IMG/VR virus record: IMGVR_UViG_3300046534_001004
Reading direction: 5' to 3' (one strand)
Length of the DNA stretch: 20,000 nucleotides
Source: an uncultured virus (IMG/VR IMGVR_UViG_3300046534_001004)
Lineage: Duplodnaviria > Heunggongvirae > Uroviricota > Caudoviricetes
A program made the position numbers and the translations under genes. How positions within the stretch are numbered: position 1 is the first letter of the stretch; the number at the start of each line of letters is the position of its first letter. Shown here piece by piece: positions 8,701 to 17,815 of the stretch. The notes under the pieces are model-generated. The model did not search any database. It saw only the letters and a program-made list of their open reading frames with translations, and was not told the origin of the DNA.

Positions 8701-8709
8701 TGTTTTCAG

Positions 8710-9753
8710 TTATGCCTCGCGAGAGATCAGACGAGCCATCTTGATCTGCTTGCGCTCTGGGAACACACGGCTCCAAGAAGCAGCAGTTGCAAGAACCGAG
8801 TTGGCTGGACCACCTGCTGGAGTAGCACCACCGTAAGCGTGACCTTTAGGGTGGAAACCCCAACGAACGCGGTTGTAGAGGATTTCTTGACCAGCGCCGT
8901 TACCTGCTCCTGGTTGATCGTCAATCGCAGTGGGTTTGTCCGGAGAGCCTTGTGCAAAAACAATCGCACCAGCGCCGAAGACCCAGCTTTCATAGACACC
9001 GCCGTTAGCGGGAAGACCATCGTCAACAATTACTTCGCGGCCCAAAAAGGTGGGAACCGAGATAGCACGACCGTTTACAGCGTCAGAGATGAAGTCGATC
9101 AAGTTGTTTTTCAACATACGAGCGTAGACCACTGAGTGAACCATGATCATCGACAGATCTTCCATGCTGTCACCCATTGTCAACGTAGTGTCGATAAAGG
9201 CTTCTGCAGAGAAGTCAGTCACACCAGCGACATAAGAGCCGCCTTTGATGTCATTGGTCATGTCACCTTGAGTGTGCTCAGAACCAGCAGGAGCGGCAGC
9301 GTTATCTGCGAAGATTCCGTTGACGACGCTGACAAAAGCAACTTGCTGACGACGAACCCAATAGTCTGCGACGCGAGATTGGATAGCAGCGGCAGGGTCA
9401 TCACCTGACATCAACTTTGCAAGCTGAGTTGCGGTCCAAGAGTTGTTACGCTCAAGACGAACAGCGACTTCTGTGAGAGTACCGATTTTGTTTGGATCGG
9501 GATCAACCACGCCACCGGTGAAGGTGTTGCGAACGCTTTCGTTAGATACGCGCTCTTCGTCGTTGTCGAGGTCGTCGTAAGACGGCATATTGAAAGTGAG
9601 ACCGCCACCGTTGAGCAGAGCCGCCATGTCACTATCAGAGACTACGGCACCAGAACGAATGAGGCGAGATTTTTCTTCAGTTTCCTGCAAAGCATAGGGA
9701 GTGAAGATTTCGGGGACAATGATGTCCGAGATTGAAGTGTGTCCAGAGGCCAT
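8710..9753 (-). CDS. Major capsid protein
   Basis: Likely start MASGHTSISDIIVPEIFTPY at 9753 (SD AAGGA), 347 aa; T.ISDIIVPEIF.PY, GGLTFNMPSYDDL, MVHSVVYARM, PTFLGREVIVDDGLP are typical HK97-fold coat motifs of this group; follows the scaffold gene. Confidence 0.95.
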   Translation of the reverse strand: MASGHTSISDIIVPEIFTPYALQETEEKSRLIRSGAVVSDSDMAALLNGGGLTFNMPSYDDLDNDEERVSNESVRNTFTGGVVDPDPNKIGTLTEVAVRLERNNSWTATQLAKLMSGDDPAAAIQSRVADYWVRRQQVAFVSVVNGIFADNAAAPAGSEHTQGDMTNDIKGGSYVAGVTDFSAEAFIDTTLTMGDSMEDLSMIMVHSVVYARMLKNNLIDFISDAVNGRAISVPTFLGREVIVDDGLPANGGVYESWVFGAGAIVFAQGSPDKPTAIDDQPGAGNGAGQEILYNRVRWGFHPKGHAYGGATPAGGPANSVLATAASWSRVFPERKQIKMARLISREA

Positions 9754-9795
9754 TGAAGAGGATCCTTTCCTAAGATGTTCATGGCTAGATAAATT

Positions 9796-9856
9796 GCTAG
9801 TCCCATGACCAGCCGAAGAGAGTTTGTCAAGCACCTCCCATGGAAGCACTTGACAA
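9796..9856 (-). promoter_or_regulatory. Two CAUGG-loop hairpins in the capsid gene leader
   Basis: UUGUCAAGUGCUUC-CAUGG-GAGGUGCUUGACAA (9856-9824) and GCUGGUC-AUGG-GACUAGC (9813-9796). Confidence 0.7.
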
Positions 9857-9858
9857 TA

Positions 9859-9887
9859 TATTTACATCACGCTGCAGAAGATTGCAA
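9859..9887 (-). promoter_or_regulatory. Putative sigma70-like promoter for the capsid/tail genes
   Basis: TTGCAA-N17-TAAATA in the scaffold-capsid intergenic gap. Confidence 0.55.
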
Positions 9888-9891
9888 CAGG

Positions 9892-10716
9892 TTATTTGCT
9901 CGGAGCCGGACGAGCACCACCAATAGATGTTCCAGCAGCCGTTGCGAGTTGAACAGCTACTTCTCGGTCTGAATTGATGAGTTGGCCCTGTTGAGTAACG
10001 TTCCAGTTATCACCAGAGAATGGATTCTTACCACCGTTGACGCCACCCATACCGCCGCCAGCACCACCACCTGTAGATGTAGGCCACCAGTGAGGACGCT
10101 GTTTCTGCATCTCTTGCATGAACTGCTTTACGTCTACTCCAGGAGTAACCCCGTCAGCGTCAGTCTTAACAATCCATTTGCCAGTAGTCTCATCTTTCTC
10201 GAGGTAGTCTGCAGCCACGAGTTCAATATCACGAAGGGCTGTGCCATGGACTTTCATCTCAGATGCAATCTTACGAACAACTTCGTTGCGAGAGCCTGTG
10301 GTGATAGTTCCGTTCAGCTTGTCGTTGTTTGAAGTCAGCTCACCATTCGCTGTTGTGAGTTCTTCGATCTGCCGTTCCAGAGGTGCAGTTTTCTGCTTCA
10401 TGCGAGACTCAACGATCTTGTTGATTGCCTCATCATCCAGCTTGCCACCACTCGCAGCTTCCAATTCTTCGACCCGATCCAAGGTAGCTTGAACTTCTGT
10501 AGCGTTCATACCTTTGAACGGTTTGAAATCAGCTTTCGTTTTGGCGTGGTCTTCACGCTCTTTACGAAGACCTTCTTGAACACGGTCTATGTCCACTTGG
10601 GTTTTCATACCCACTACGCCTGTCAACACGGCTCTGCCATCTTGCTCAGTGTACAGAAATTTAGCATTCGCAGGAACTTCTGCCATTGTTTCGTAGAATA
10701 GTTCGATCGGATCCAT
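9892..10716 (-). CDS. Capsid scaffolding protein
   Basis: 274 aa, coiled-coil (IDRVQEGLRKEREDH...), C-terminal PHWWPTSTGGGAGGG...KNPFSGDNWNVTQQG motif; between portal and capsid; SD AAAGGAG. Confidence 0.88.
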   Translation of the reverse strand: MDPIELFYETMAEVPANAKFLYTEQDGRAVLTGVVGMKTQVDIDRVQEGLRKEREDHAKTKADFKPFKGMNATEVQATLDRVEELEAASGGKLDDEAINKIVESRMKQKTAPLERQIEELTTANGELTSNNDKLNGTITTGSRNEVVRKIASEMKVHGTALRDIELVAADYLEKDETTGKWIVKTDADGVTPGVDVKQFMQEMQKQRPHWWPTSTGGGAGGGMGGVNGGKNPFSGDNWNVTQQGQLINSDREVAVQLATAAGTSIGGARPAPSK

Positions 10717-10752
10717 GTCCGGTCTCCTTTATAGAACGGCTCCATGGCCGCT
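10705..10752 (-). promoter_or_regulatory. Two CAUGGA-loop hairpins at the scaffold translation start
   Basis: AGCGGC-CAUGGA-GCCGUU (10752-10735) and GACCGGA-CAUGGA-UCCGAUC (10724-10705, one mismatch); the second loop contains the start AUG. Confidence 0.7.
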
Positions 10753-10763
10753 GTTATTGGGGA

Positions 10764-12272
10764 TCATTCCCCTGTCTTAGCTTTGTTGCGGGCAGACTTT
10801 TTATCGCCTGTGTCGTCTCCGGCTGAGTTCTGGCTAGGTCCAGCCCTATCTCCAGTCTCTGGTGTCTTGAAAGGATGATCTTCAGCTTCCTCTAGTTTAG
10901 AAGCTGCCATTTCTTCTTCAAAGGTGAGAGCAGTGATTTTGCGCTTGCGAGCAATAGCATGTAGTGAAGAAGCGCTGATTGGGAAGCCCAAGGTGCGAGC
11001 AGTTGCCATCTCTACCATCGTCTGACCTGTGAGTGGTGTCTCGCCGAATTCTTTGTTCGGTGTGACTTTTACTTCTTCTGGGTTTAGACCCATCCATTCA
11101 GCACACGTCTTAAGGATATCTTCAAGCGCCATAGCGCCAGCGTCTGCGACTTGATTGAGGTCTGCTGTGCGGCTGGCAACACGGATACGCATACTGTCAC
11201 CGCTCTCACGCTCGCGGCTGGTGCTGTCTAGAGTCTGCGCACCCATAGTACCAGCACGGCTCTCTAGTTTATCAATCGCCTCACGTTGCTCTGTGAGACC
11301 TTTACCTTCTACTCCAACAAATTCCGCTGTTGCTCCTAACGGAAGATCTAAGCGAGCACCTGTACCAGTCCGGACAGCCTCTCCTTCGTCTAGTTGAGCT
11401 CCAGTAGTAACGAAAGTATCTTGCCCCTGCATGAACAAATTTTGGCGATAATCTGCATCTGACCTAAACAGGGTTAGACAAAGGTTGCTCAAGTCCAAAA
11501 GAACTGGATCATCAGGCTCAGCAGTGACATCAACGGAGTTTACAATCACAAACGGAATTTTATTGAGTTCTCTACCTTTGTAGGAAGGTCTCTTCAACTC
11601 ACTCTCATTAAATGCGCTGTCGCGGAACAATGCTTGGCTGTATGTTCCGATTTGTTGGTTATCGTCAGGTTCACCGAGAATAAGGACTCTGTGTTGGGTT
11701 GTGAGATCCCACATGAAGTTATCTTTGCGAATGTAAGTAGTCTCGTCTAAGATCACCATGTTTAGTGAGTCTTTATTGAGATCAGTAGTACCAACGTCCC
11801 AATTGATGATACGTTCTGCTCCATATAGAGACAAAATCGGTAAATCTGGTCCAGTGCCAGGAACAAGAGGCAAATCTGCCATAATACCAGTGCGACCAAC
11901 AAGAAGTTGCTCTGAGTTGATTCGACGGAGGAAGTCTTCAAGTTTTTCACCCTTACTAGAGCGAATGTCTTCCATTCCTTCGGGTAGCTCTATTTTCGGA
12001 GGTTGATTGTGCATCATACCAACCGCCATCTGCACAGCTTCGCGAACAAAGTTGTGATAACGAGCTCTTTTCAAATAAGCGGCGTAAGCAGTAGCTCCTG
12101 TAGAGTTTGCGTCTTTTCCATAGCCATCCAAAATGTGAGATGAAGTAGCAGGAAGGTATTGAGTATTTCGAGACTTAACTCGCTTCTCACCTTTGTACGT
12201 ATCACGCATTTGCTTCCAGTCTGGAAGGTGTTCCGAGTAAGAAGGGTGATTTTGAGTGAGAGAATTATCCAT
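10764..12272 (-). CDS. Portal protein (DUF4055-type)
   Basis: Likely start MDNSLTQNHPSY at 12272; HPSY...W..MRD.YKGE..VK....YLP, Y.AYLKRA.Y.NFV, AERIINW, IPFV, PVLLDLSNL, ESGDS motifs; directly after TerL. Confidence 0.93.
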   Translation of the reverse strand: MDNSLTQNHPSYSEHLPDWKQMRDTYKGEKRVKSRNTQYLPATSSHILDGYGKDANSTGATAYAAYLKRARYHNFVREAVQMAVGMMHNQPPKIELPEGMEDIRSSKGEKLEDFLRRINSEQLLVGRTGIMADLPLVPGTGPDLPILSLYGAERIINWDVGTTDLNKDSLNMVILDETTYIRKDNFMWDLTTQHRVLILGEPDDNQQIGTYSQALFRDSAFNESELKRPSYKGRELNKIPFVIVNSVDVTAEPDDPVLLDLSNLCLTLFRSDADYRQNLFMQGQDTFVTTGAQLDEGEAVRTGTGARLDLPLGATAEFVGVEGKGLTEQREAIDKLESRAGTMGAQTLDSTSRERESGDSMRIRVASRTADLNQVADAGAMALEDILKTCAEWMGLNPEEVKVTPNKEFGETPLTGQTMVEMATARTLGFPISASSLHAIARKRKITALTFEEEMAASKLEEAEDHPFKTPETGDRAGPSQNSAGDDTGDKKSARNKAKTGE

Positions 12273-12279
12273 AAAGAAG

Positions 12280-12308
12280 AGCATACCTATATCTAATTGG
12301 TTTGACAA
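12280..12308 (-). promoter_or_regulatory. Putative sigma70-like promoter for the portal gene (leaderless)
   Basis: TTGTCA-N17-TATGCT followed by 7 nt (CTTCTTT) and ATG; no SD. Confidence 0.65.
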
Positions 12309-12318
12309 TCACTTTTTG

Positions 12319-13851
12319 TCAATGAGCGCCTGTCGTTGTTCCAGAACTTCCGGTTTGCCCAACAGAGCGGATAAAATAGCGAACCTCGTCAGCGACGTGG
12401 TCTTCTGCATCAGTGTTTATGTCGTCTGGGTTCTTTTCATCACGAGGGAGCACTGGTAAAGTCTCAATAAAAGCTGTGCAGTTAGTAAAAACGAATAAAG
12501 CTGGCTTCTCCCGAGGGAAAATAGCGATAACTTCACCTTTTTCATCTTTCTTCACGTTGGGTCCAGCGTTTCTGATACGCTGTCTCAGCTGAGACCAACC
12601 TGTAACACGAGATCCAGGACGTTTATCGGCTGCGTTCCACATAATTCCAGGATAAATGTTCCCATCATCCAATCTTACTTTGGCTTTCATGTCCGTGGCG
12701 ATACAATTTCCGTTTTCAGCCGCAAATATCTGCGAATCAGCAACACCTGCTTTGACGCGACACCAAGTTGTTCCTCTTTCTCTCCAACCACATTCCATTT
12801 CTTTCTTAACGATACCTTCGGAGATCTCTGATGCCAGAATATTAAGCCCTTCGTTCGGACGGTTGTCGTGGCATCCATACCATTCTCGAATACGAAATAC
12901 ATCTCCCCGAATGGTGCTTCGCCAATTTCCATCCCGTAGCTGTACGTCTTCTCCATTGCTGATTGCCCACCAGCCCACAGAGAAAGGCTTGCTCGCACCC
13001 CAGTCAAAGCTCCTAGTGATCTTCCAGTTATATGGAATATCAAACGGTAAGACAACATTGTACTTAGGATCCCATACATCGTCAAACATTCCTCCAGACA
13101 CGATATCCCATGAACCATCTAACCAAGCCTTCTTCTGGGCTTCGTTATCAGCCGATGCAGCAATCTTCTGTTTGTATTCTGGATCTGCTTCAAGTAGTAT
13201 GAGGTTCTCATCAATGTGTGATTTTATGCTGAGACGTGGAGGTTCTTTCTCACCATCTTCATCCATAATGTCACGACGAACTATCATGTTTAGGCTCTGC
13301 GGTTTGAAACGGTTCTTTACCCAATTATGACCAGGACCCGAGGGGTTCGTGGTTGCCCGACACATGCGTGGCATACCCTTCACAGAGGAACGGCAGGTAG
13401 ACATCATTTTCTTGTAGCCTTTGGCGTTAGGCCAGTTACAGAGTTCTTCCCAGCCAATCCATGGATATTCGTGACCGTGATAGTTATCATAGTCATTTTC
13501 TTTTGCGAATTGTCGCAGAAGAAGCTGCTCACCAGTGGGCCAAGTCCACGTATGTTCGGAGTGGTTGAATTTCGCAGTAGGCCAAATCTGCGGTATCCAT
13601 TTTTTTGTCTTCGAGATAACGTCGGTCAATTGCTTGTAGGTCTGACGAAACAGAATTCCTTTCCACCCAGCACCATGTCCTTTACCAACGTGCATACAAT
13701 AAGACATGAGGAGAGAATCAGTTTTCCCACCTCCACGTGTCCCCTCAAACAATACCTCAAAGACAGGGGTTGAAGACAAGAACGCTTCTTGCGATCCAGG
13801 CATAGGTCTCCAGACTACATTCTTTGGATATGATTTCGTTTCAGTTTGCAT
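12319..13851 (-). CDS. terL: Terminase large subunit
   Basis: 510 aa; Walker A EGTRGGGKT, Walker B WIGWEEL, motif III ATTNPSGPGHNWVK, nuclease RSFDWG and EDHVADEVRY. Confidence 0.96.
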   Translation of the reverse strand: MQTETKSYPKNVVWRPMPGSQEAFLSSTPVFEVLFEGTRGGGKTDSLLMSYCMHVGKGHGAGWKGILFRQTYKQLTDVISKTKKWIPQIWPTAKFNHSEHTWTWPTGEQLLLRQFAKENDYDNYHGHEYPWIGWEELCNWPNAKGYKKMMSTCRSSVKGMPRMCRATTNPSGPGHNWVKNRFKPQSLNMIVRRDIMDEDGEKEPPRLSIKSHIDENLILLEADPEYKQKIAASADNEAQKKAWLDGSWDIVSGGMFDDVWDPKYNVVLPFDIPYNWKITRSFDWGASKPFSVGWWAISNGEDVQLRDGNWRSTIRGDVFRIREWYGCHDNRPNEGLNILASEISEGIVKKEMECGWRERGTTWCRVKAGVADSQIFAAENGNCIATDMKAKVRLDDGNIYPGIMWNAADKRPGSRVTGWSQLRQRIRNAGPNVKKDEKGEVIAIFPREKPALFVFTNCTAFIETLPVLPRDEKNPDDINTDAEDHVADEVRYFIRSVGQTGSSGTTTGAH

Positions 13852-13867
13852 GGTGAATGTTCTTTCC

Positions 13868-14479
13868 TTAGCTTAGGCCAAACCCTGCACGAACATCGAC
13901 AGCCTGTAATTCGGTCAGTGTGGTTGCGTTTGCAATTTGCAGATAAAGCCCGCGACGTGCGGCGGTTAGCCCCCCATACATCACTCGGTATTGCGCCCGC
14001 AGCCGAAGGATTTTCTCGGCCATTTCTAAGGCAGTCTCTCCTGTAGGTTCGCGTAGCGTGTCGATCAAATCATTCTGACCGCCTGCAATCACCTCTTTGG
14101 AGGCTTCCACCTGCTCAGCCCAACCTTCGCGTTCTTCAAGAGGGTAGGCTTTGCTTAGAGGTTCCATCGCCTCGGAATAGGTACGGTTGACTTCGTGGTT
14201 CAAGGCGGCACGGATATCCTCAATAGTCATGTCCGAGATGGTCACAGTGCGCAGAACGCGGTCAGCCTCTACCGTGTCAACGCTGGTCGATGTAGTGCGT
14301 GCGGTTGTTGAGTTGTCCACCGTTACTACAACGATAGGAACAAGCTGTTCATCACCATAGACACCAGCGGTAGGGGGTGAAACCGTTTGGCCGTTCCCAA
14401 ACGTCACGCGACCTTTCCCGTCGTGGTAAGTGCCGATCACTTGACCGCCTCTGATGTGTGCAAGCATTTGTCGCGGCAT
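13868..14479 (-). CDS. Fibre-associated protein / tail fibre assembly chaperone-like
   Basis: 203 aa; C-terminal YPLEEREGWAEQVEA...EMAEKIL...GLTAARR...IANATTLTELQAV helical domain typical of genes following phage fibres. Confidence 0.65.
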   Translation of the reverse strand: MPRQMLAHIRGGQVIGTYHDGKGRVTFGNGQTVSPPTAGVYGDEQLVPIVVVTVDNSTTARTTSTSVDTVEADRVLRTVTISDMTIEDIRAALNHEVNRTYSEAMEPLSKAYPLEEREGWAEQVEASKEVIAGGQNDLIDTLREPTGETALEMAEKILRLRAQYRVMYGGLTAARRGLYLQIANATTLTELQAVDVRAGFGLS

Positions 14480-14513
14480 TTGTCGTTCCTTTATGTAACA
14501 TTTGTTATGCGGT

Positions 14514-15200
14514 TTAGCCTAAAAGAACAGCTACTTGTGGGGCTTGGGATAAACGGTTGTAACTTGTGGTTATTTTCCCCGATGTGGTCTGACCGTTTTG
14601 AACCGCTTGGTACGCTACTCCTAGTCTGTTGCTGCCCAAAATTTCCGTGGTTGTTTGATTCCAAAACGGTAAGGAGGTGTTGTATGCCTCAACAGTAATT
14701 GTGGTGGACGAGGAAGACTCAGCATAAATAAACGAACCAGCAACAACCGCCATTTGATCGTCTGCTGTCCCTGTAACTACTGCAAGATCGTGAGCGGTGG
14801 GGCTTGTCTGTAGACTTGTTGCAGCTGATAAAACTGACGGTGATCCCGTGGACTTTCTAAAGGATAGCATTTGACCGAGAAAGCGATTGCTTGATACCTG
14901 TCTAAAGTTAATTGAAGACCCTAAATCCCCAGCGTCAGCTACTTTTGTGAAAATAATAGTTCTTTGGCTGGTGGAACTAGATTCCTGCCTCTCGACTTGC
15001 TTGGTCCATCCCGTAGGGGTAAGTGTGGTGGATCGTGACATGGTGCTGGCAACAAGTAAATCACCGACAACCGTTCCTGTTGGAACTGAAAGCGCGCAAA
15101 ATATTGATACGTCGATACGGTAATTGCCCGCAGCCACAAAAGAAACTGTGCCACCCGCAGCGGCGTACCTTCCGCCTCTCATTGGTAAAATCAGGCTCAC
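14514..15200 (-). CDS. Putative fibre tip / receptor-binding accessory protein
   Basis: 228 aa, Ser/Thr-rich beta protein with VPTGTVVGDLLVA...TPTGWT...FTKVA motif seen in phage minor tail proteins; GTGA overlap with the fibre gene. Confidence 0.55.
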   Translation of the reverse strand: MSLILPMRGGRYAAAGGTVSFVAAGNYRIDVSIFCALSVPTGTVVGDLLVASTMSRSTTLTPTGWTKQVERQESSSTSQRTIIFTKVADAGDLGSSINFRQVSSNRFLGQMLSFRKSTGSPSVLSAATSLQTSPTAHDLAVVTGTADDQMAVVAGSFIYAESSSSTTITVEAYNTSLPFWNQTTTEILGSNRLGVAYQAVQNGQTTSGKITTSYNRLSQAPQVAVLLG

Positions 15201-17476
15201 GGTAACGCTTCCACATTAACCGTAGAATAGTCCGTTCCACCAATGTTCAAGATCGTCATTCGTAAAATGAATTTATCACCGTCAGTGGTTGTTAGAGAAT
15301 CGCCAGAAACGTTATCAATTGCCGTTGTCGTGACTGGCCCCGCGCTGGCGTTGTTTGTCATGAAAATTAAAATGTCTGTTGCAGTGTTTGTCGCTAGTGT
15401 AGGGGCCGAAAGTGGAAACGCTCCACCGTTGACGATCTGTTTATAGTTTGAATCAGTTGGTGTTGCTGTGACGCTTGGTGTGTAGGTTGTGCCACCGCTT
15501 TGAGTACCATCATCAGGCACAGACGCAGTGAAACCCGCTGTGAGGTTGTCAGGCACGTCAGCTTTCAAAGTGTCCGCGTCATATGCTTGCACGTTAACAC
15601 CGATTTCAAGACCTACGTTTGCCCTAAACAGAACAAAATTCAGAAAATCAGAGCCGTTGTTGCCACGAAGGACACAGCCGGACAATGCACCGTTACTACC
15701 ACCGGAGAGGCCGATTGTGTATTCAACAAAGTCGGTCAGGGTGTTGCCACTAGTGTTTGAAGCTGTACTGCTAACGAACCACCACCCAAAGAACGTTGCT
15801 TCCTTCAGGACGGGGTTCAGAACGTATTCTTCTAACTCAACGCCAGCTTTCGCCAGAGTTAAATCAGCATAGTTGCCTTGACCGTACTGCAAAACGAAGT
15901 TGCCACTGGTGAAACGGTAAAGCCTGTGACCTACAAAAGTTCCTGAACCTAAAGATATCAGGCTTCCGGCATTATCCCAGACCAGAGGAAGGTCAGTGTT
16001 TCCCCCTGCATCAGTAGCATCCCGCAAGGCCAAGAAAAATTCAGCATTCGTCACTTGGTTAAAAGGAACTGTGTTTGCGTTAAACACGTTACCTGTTGCG
16101 CCAATCTTGACTATCGATCCTTCTGTAGCATCAAAACCCATGTCACCAGCGCGACCGGTAATTATTTGACCTTCTTTTAGCGGTACACCGTTAGCCACAA
16201 GAACTCGAACGATATCTCTTATCGTGTTCGCGTAGTGGCCGATTGTATTACTGGTGTATTCAAAGCTGACAATGGTGGAAGTTGACGTGTCCACAGCGAT
16301 CCGCATAACGAACAGTTTACTCTCCCAGTCTAGGTGGGTCGGAAGGGTAGTCTGTTGCTGCAAGGTGCCTGTGTTATCGACATAAACCCAAGTGGATTCC
16401 TTCGTTAAATCTGCAACGGTAACACCTACAGCACCCGCATAATCTATCCTGAAATAACCTGTAGATGTGTAAATTTCACCTTCAATCACTGGTATAGTGA
16501 AAGTTGTCCCACCAACCACTACTGATGCCGTGTCAAAATCTTTAGATATCCCTGTACTTCGCGCCTTCAATAATGCGCCATCAACATCATCAAAAAACGT
16601 TTGCACATCAGTGCTGACAGCAACCTTCAGGTTAGTGTCGTCAAGTGTCATGTTTGCAACGTCGAAAGTTGGCGTTGCCCCACTCACTAGGCTTTGGTCC
16701 AGCGCCTTCACGTCAATAATTGACACCAGTTCCGAATCCATCAACGCACCAGCCGCTTCAACGGTTGTGGCGTTAGTCACGTTCGCACCGTCTGCCACAT
16801 TCAGGGCGGTTAGAAGTGAACTTTTACTGATAGAACCTGTCAGCCCTACAACAGCTTGAACAGCGTCTGTCTGATCATGCTTAGACCAATTTCCGGTGAA
16901 CGTGGTGGCTGAAGCATCGTCTGTTGTCGCAACGATGTTGTCACCGATTGCAAACGCCACACCGTCGACAATGCCAGCAACGGAAACGTAATAGAACCAA
17001 CCTGTTTGAGCCAATCCGCTGCCAGCAAAACTTCCTGAAGACGCGTCCCAATCACCCTTGTAGACCATGCCGTTCGCAAGTGCAGCAATGTCAATTTCCA
17101 TTTGGTCAAGGTCGACCGCTTGTGAAACAGTGATATAATCTAGCTTAGTTTCATCGCCCAACGTGAAACTTGCTGTCGTATTATCTAAAACGGTTGACCA
17201 CGCCTGAACGGTTGACCCAATATCAGCACTTTGCAACGCGCTGTCAGCAAGGGAACCTTGTGAGCTTGAGGCAATGCCAGACAAACCTGAACCGTCACCG
17301 TCTATTGCCAGACCGCCGATTGTAGCTAGGGCAGTTTCAGGTAAAGGCACGTCAGAAAAGTTGTTGGTGGCAAGTAACGCACCAGCAACACTACCAGAAG
17401 GGCCTTGAATTCCTACTTGAGAAACTACAATAGTAACTGATTCTGGAGAAGTGACAACTATTGTTTTATCTGACAT
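15197..17476 (-). CDS. Fibre protein (tail or head fibre)
   Basis: Likely start MSDKTIVVTS at 17476 (759 aa); short GIQGPSG collagen-like stretch, repeated NN.SD and IG..VQA(W/Y) fibre motifs, YKGDWDAS domain, Gly/Thr/Asp/Ser-rich. Confidence 0.75.
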   Translation of the reverse strand: MSDKTIVVTSPESVTIVVSQVGIQGPSGSVAGALLATNNFSDVPLPETALATIGGLAIDGDGSGLSGIASSSQGSLADSALQSADIGSTVQAWSTVLDNTTASFTLGDETKLDYITVSQAVDLDQMEIDIAALANGMVYKGDWDASSGSFAGSGLAQTGWFYYVSVAGIVDGVAFAIGDNIVATTDDASATTFTGNWSKHDQTDAVQAVVGLTGSISKSSLLTALNVADGANVTNATTVEAAGALMDSELVSIIDVKALDQSLVSGATPTFDVANMTLDDTNLKVAVSTDVQTFFDDVDGALLKARSTGISKDFDTASVVVGGTTFTIPVIEGEIYTSTGYFRIDYAGAVGVTVADLTKESTWVYVDNTGTLQQQTTLPTHLDWESKLFVMRIAVDTSTSTIVSFEYTSNTIGHYANTIRDIVRVLVANGVPLKEGQIITGRAGDMGFDATEGSIVKIGATGNVFNANTVPFNQVTNAEFFLALRDATDAGGNTDLPLVWDNAGSLISLGSGTFVGHRLYRFTSGNFVLQYGQGNYADLTLAKAGVELEEYVLNPVLKEATFFGWWFVSSTASNTSGNTLTDFVEYTIGLSGGSNGALSGCVLRGNNGSDFLNFVLFRANVGLEIGVNVQAYDADTLKADVPDNLTAGFTASVPDDGTQSGGTTYTPSVTATPTDSNYKQIVNGGAFPLSAPTLATNTATDILIFMTNNASAGPVTTTAIDNVSGDSLTTTDGDKFILRMTILNIGGTDYSTVNVEALP

Positions 17477-17753
17477 GTACCTCGACCCTTTCACTTGCTA
17501 AAGAGGTTCCATCTGAAAGCTCCACCTGTAATCGTAGATAATACTTCCCGACAGTAACCATAGAAGTACCTTCAATAGTTATTGAGGCTAATCCGTTTGG
17601 GCCATCTACGAGTGTCGTTGTGCATTTTCCGTTGAGATCACCAGAGGCTTCAACTACCACAGGAGAAGTGATTGGAATAGCAGCCTCTGCTTCGTCTTGA
17701 AACAAGAATTGCAGAGTTGCATCTGATCCACTAGTGATAGAAATAATGTCCAT
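17466..17753 (-). CDS. Small beta-sandwich protein, possible fibre attachment adaptor (BppU N-terminal-like)
   Basis: 95 aa; I.ITSGSDATLQFLFQD...DGPNGLASITI...VGKYYLRLQV pattern; overlaps the fibre gene start; SD GAGGA. Confidence 0.55.
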   Translation of the reverse strand: MDIISITSGSDATLQFLFQDEAEAAIPITSPVVVEASGDLNGKCTTTLVDGPNGLASITIEGTSMVTVGKYYLRLQVELSDGTSLASERVEVHVR

Positions 17754-17777
17754 TTTATCCTCGTTCTGATAAAATTT

Positions 17778-17806
17778 AACTTAGCATTTCTTGTTCGCAC
17801 TAGCAA
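17778..17806 (-). promoter_or_regulatory. Putative sigma70-like promoter for the fibre cassette/terminase
   Basis: TTGCTA-N17-TAAGTT in the intergenic gap. Confidence 0.55.
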
Positions 17807-17815
17807 GCCTAAAAC

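Noticed and set aside
9754..9849. 32-aa N-terminal extension of the capsid protein in the ORF track
   Set aside because: The region holds leader hairpins, and the SD and family N-terminus fit ATG 9753.
9850..9880. Plus-strand TTGACA as an antisense promoter
   Set aside because: No -10 element at 16-18 nt; it is one arm of the leader hairpin.
12273..12308. TTG start extension of the portal
   Set aside because: The TTG is the -35 box of the predicted promoter; ATG 12272 fits better.
13868..17494. Diversity-generating retroelement or invertible fibre switch
   Set aside because: No reverse transcriptase, invertase, template/variable repeat pair or flanking inverted repeats seen in the window.
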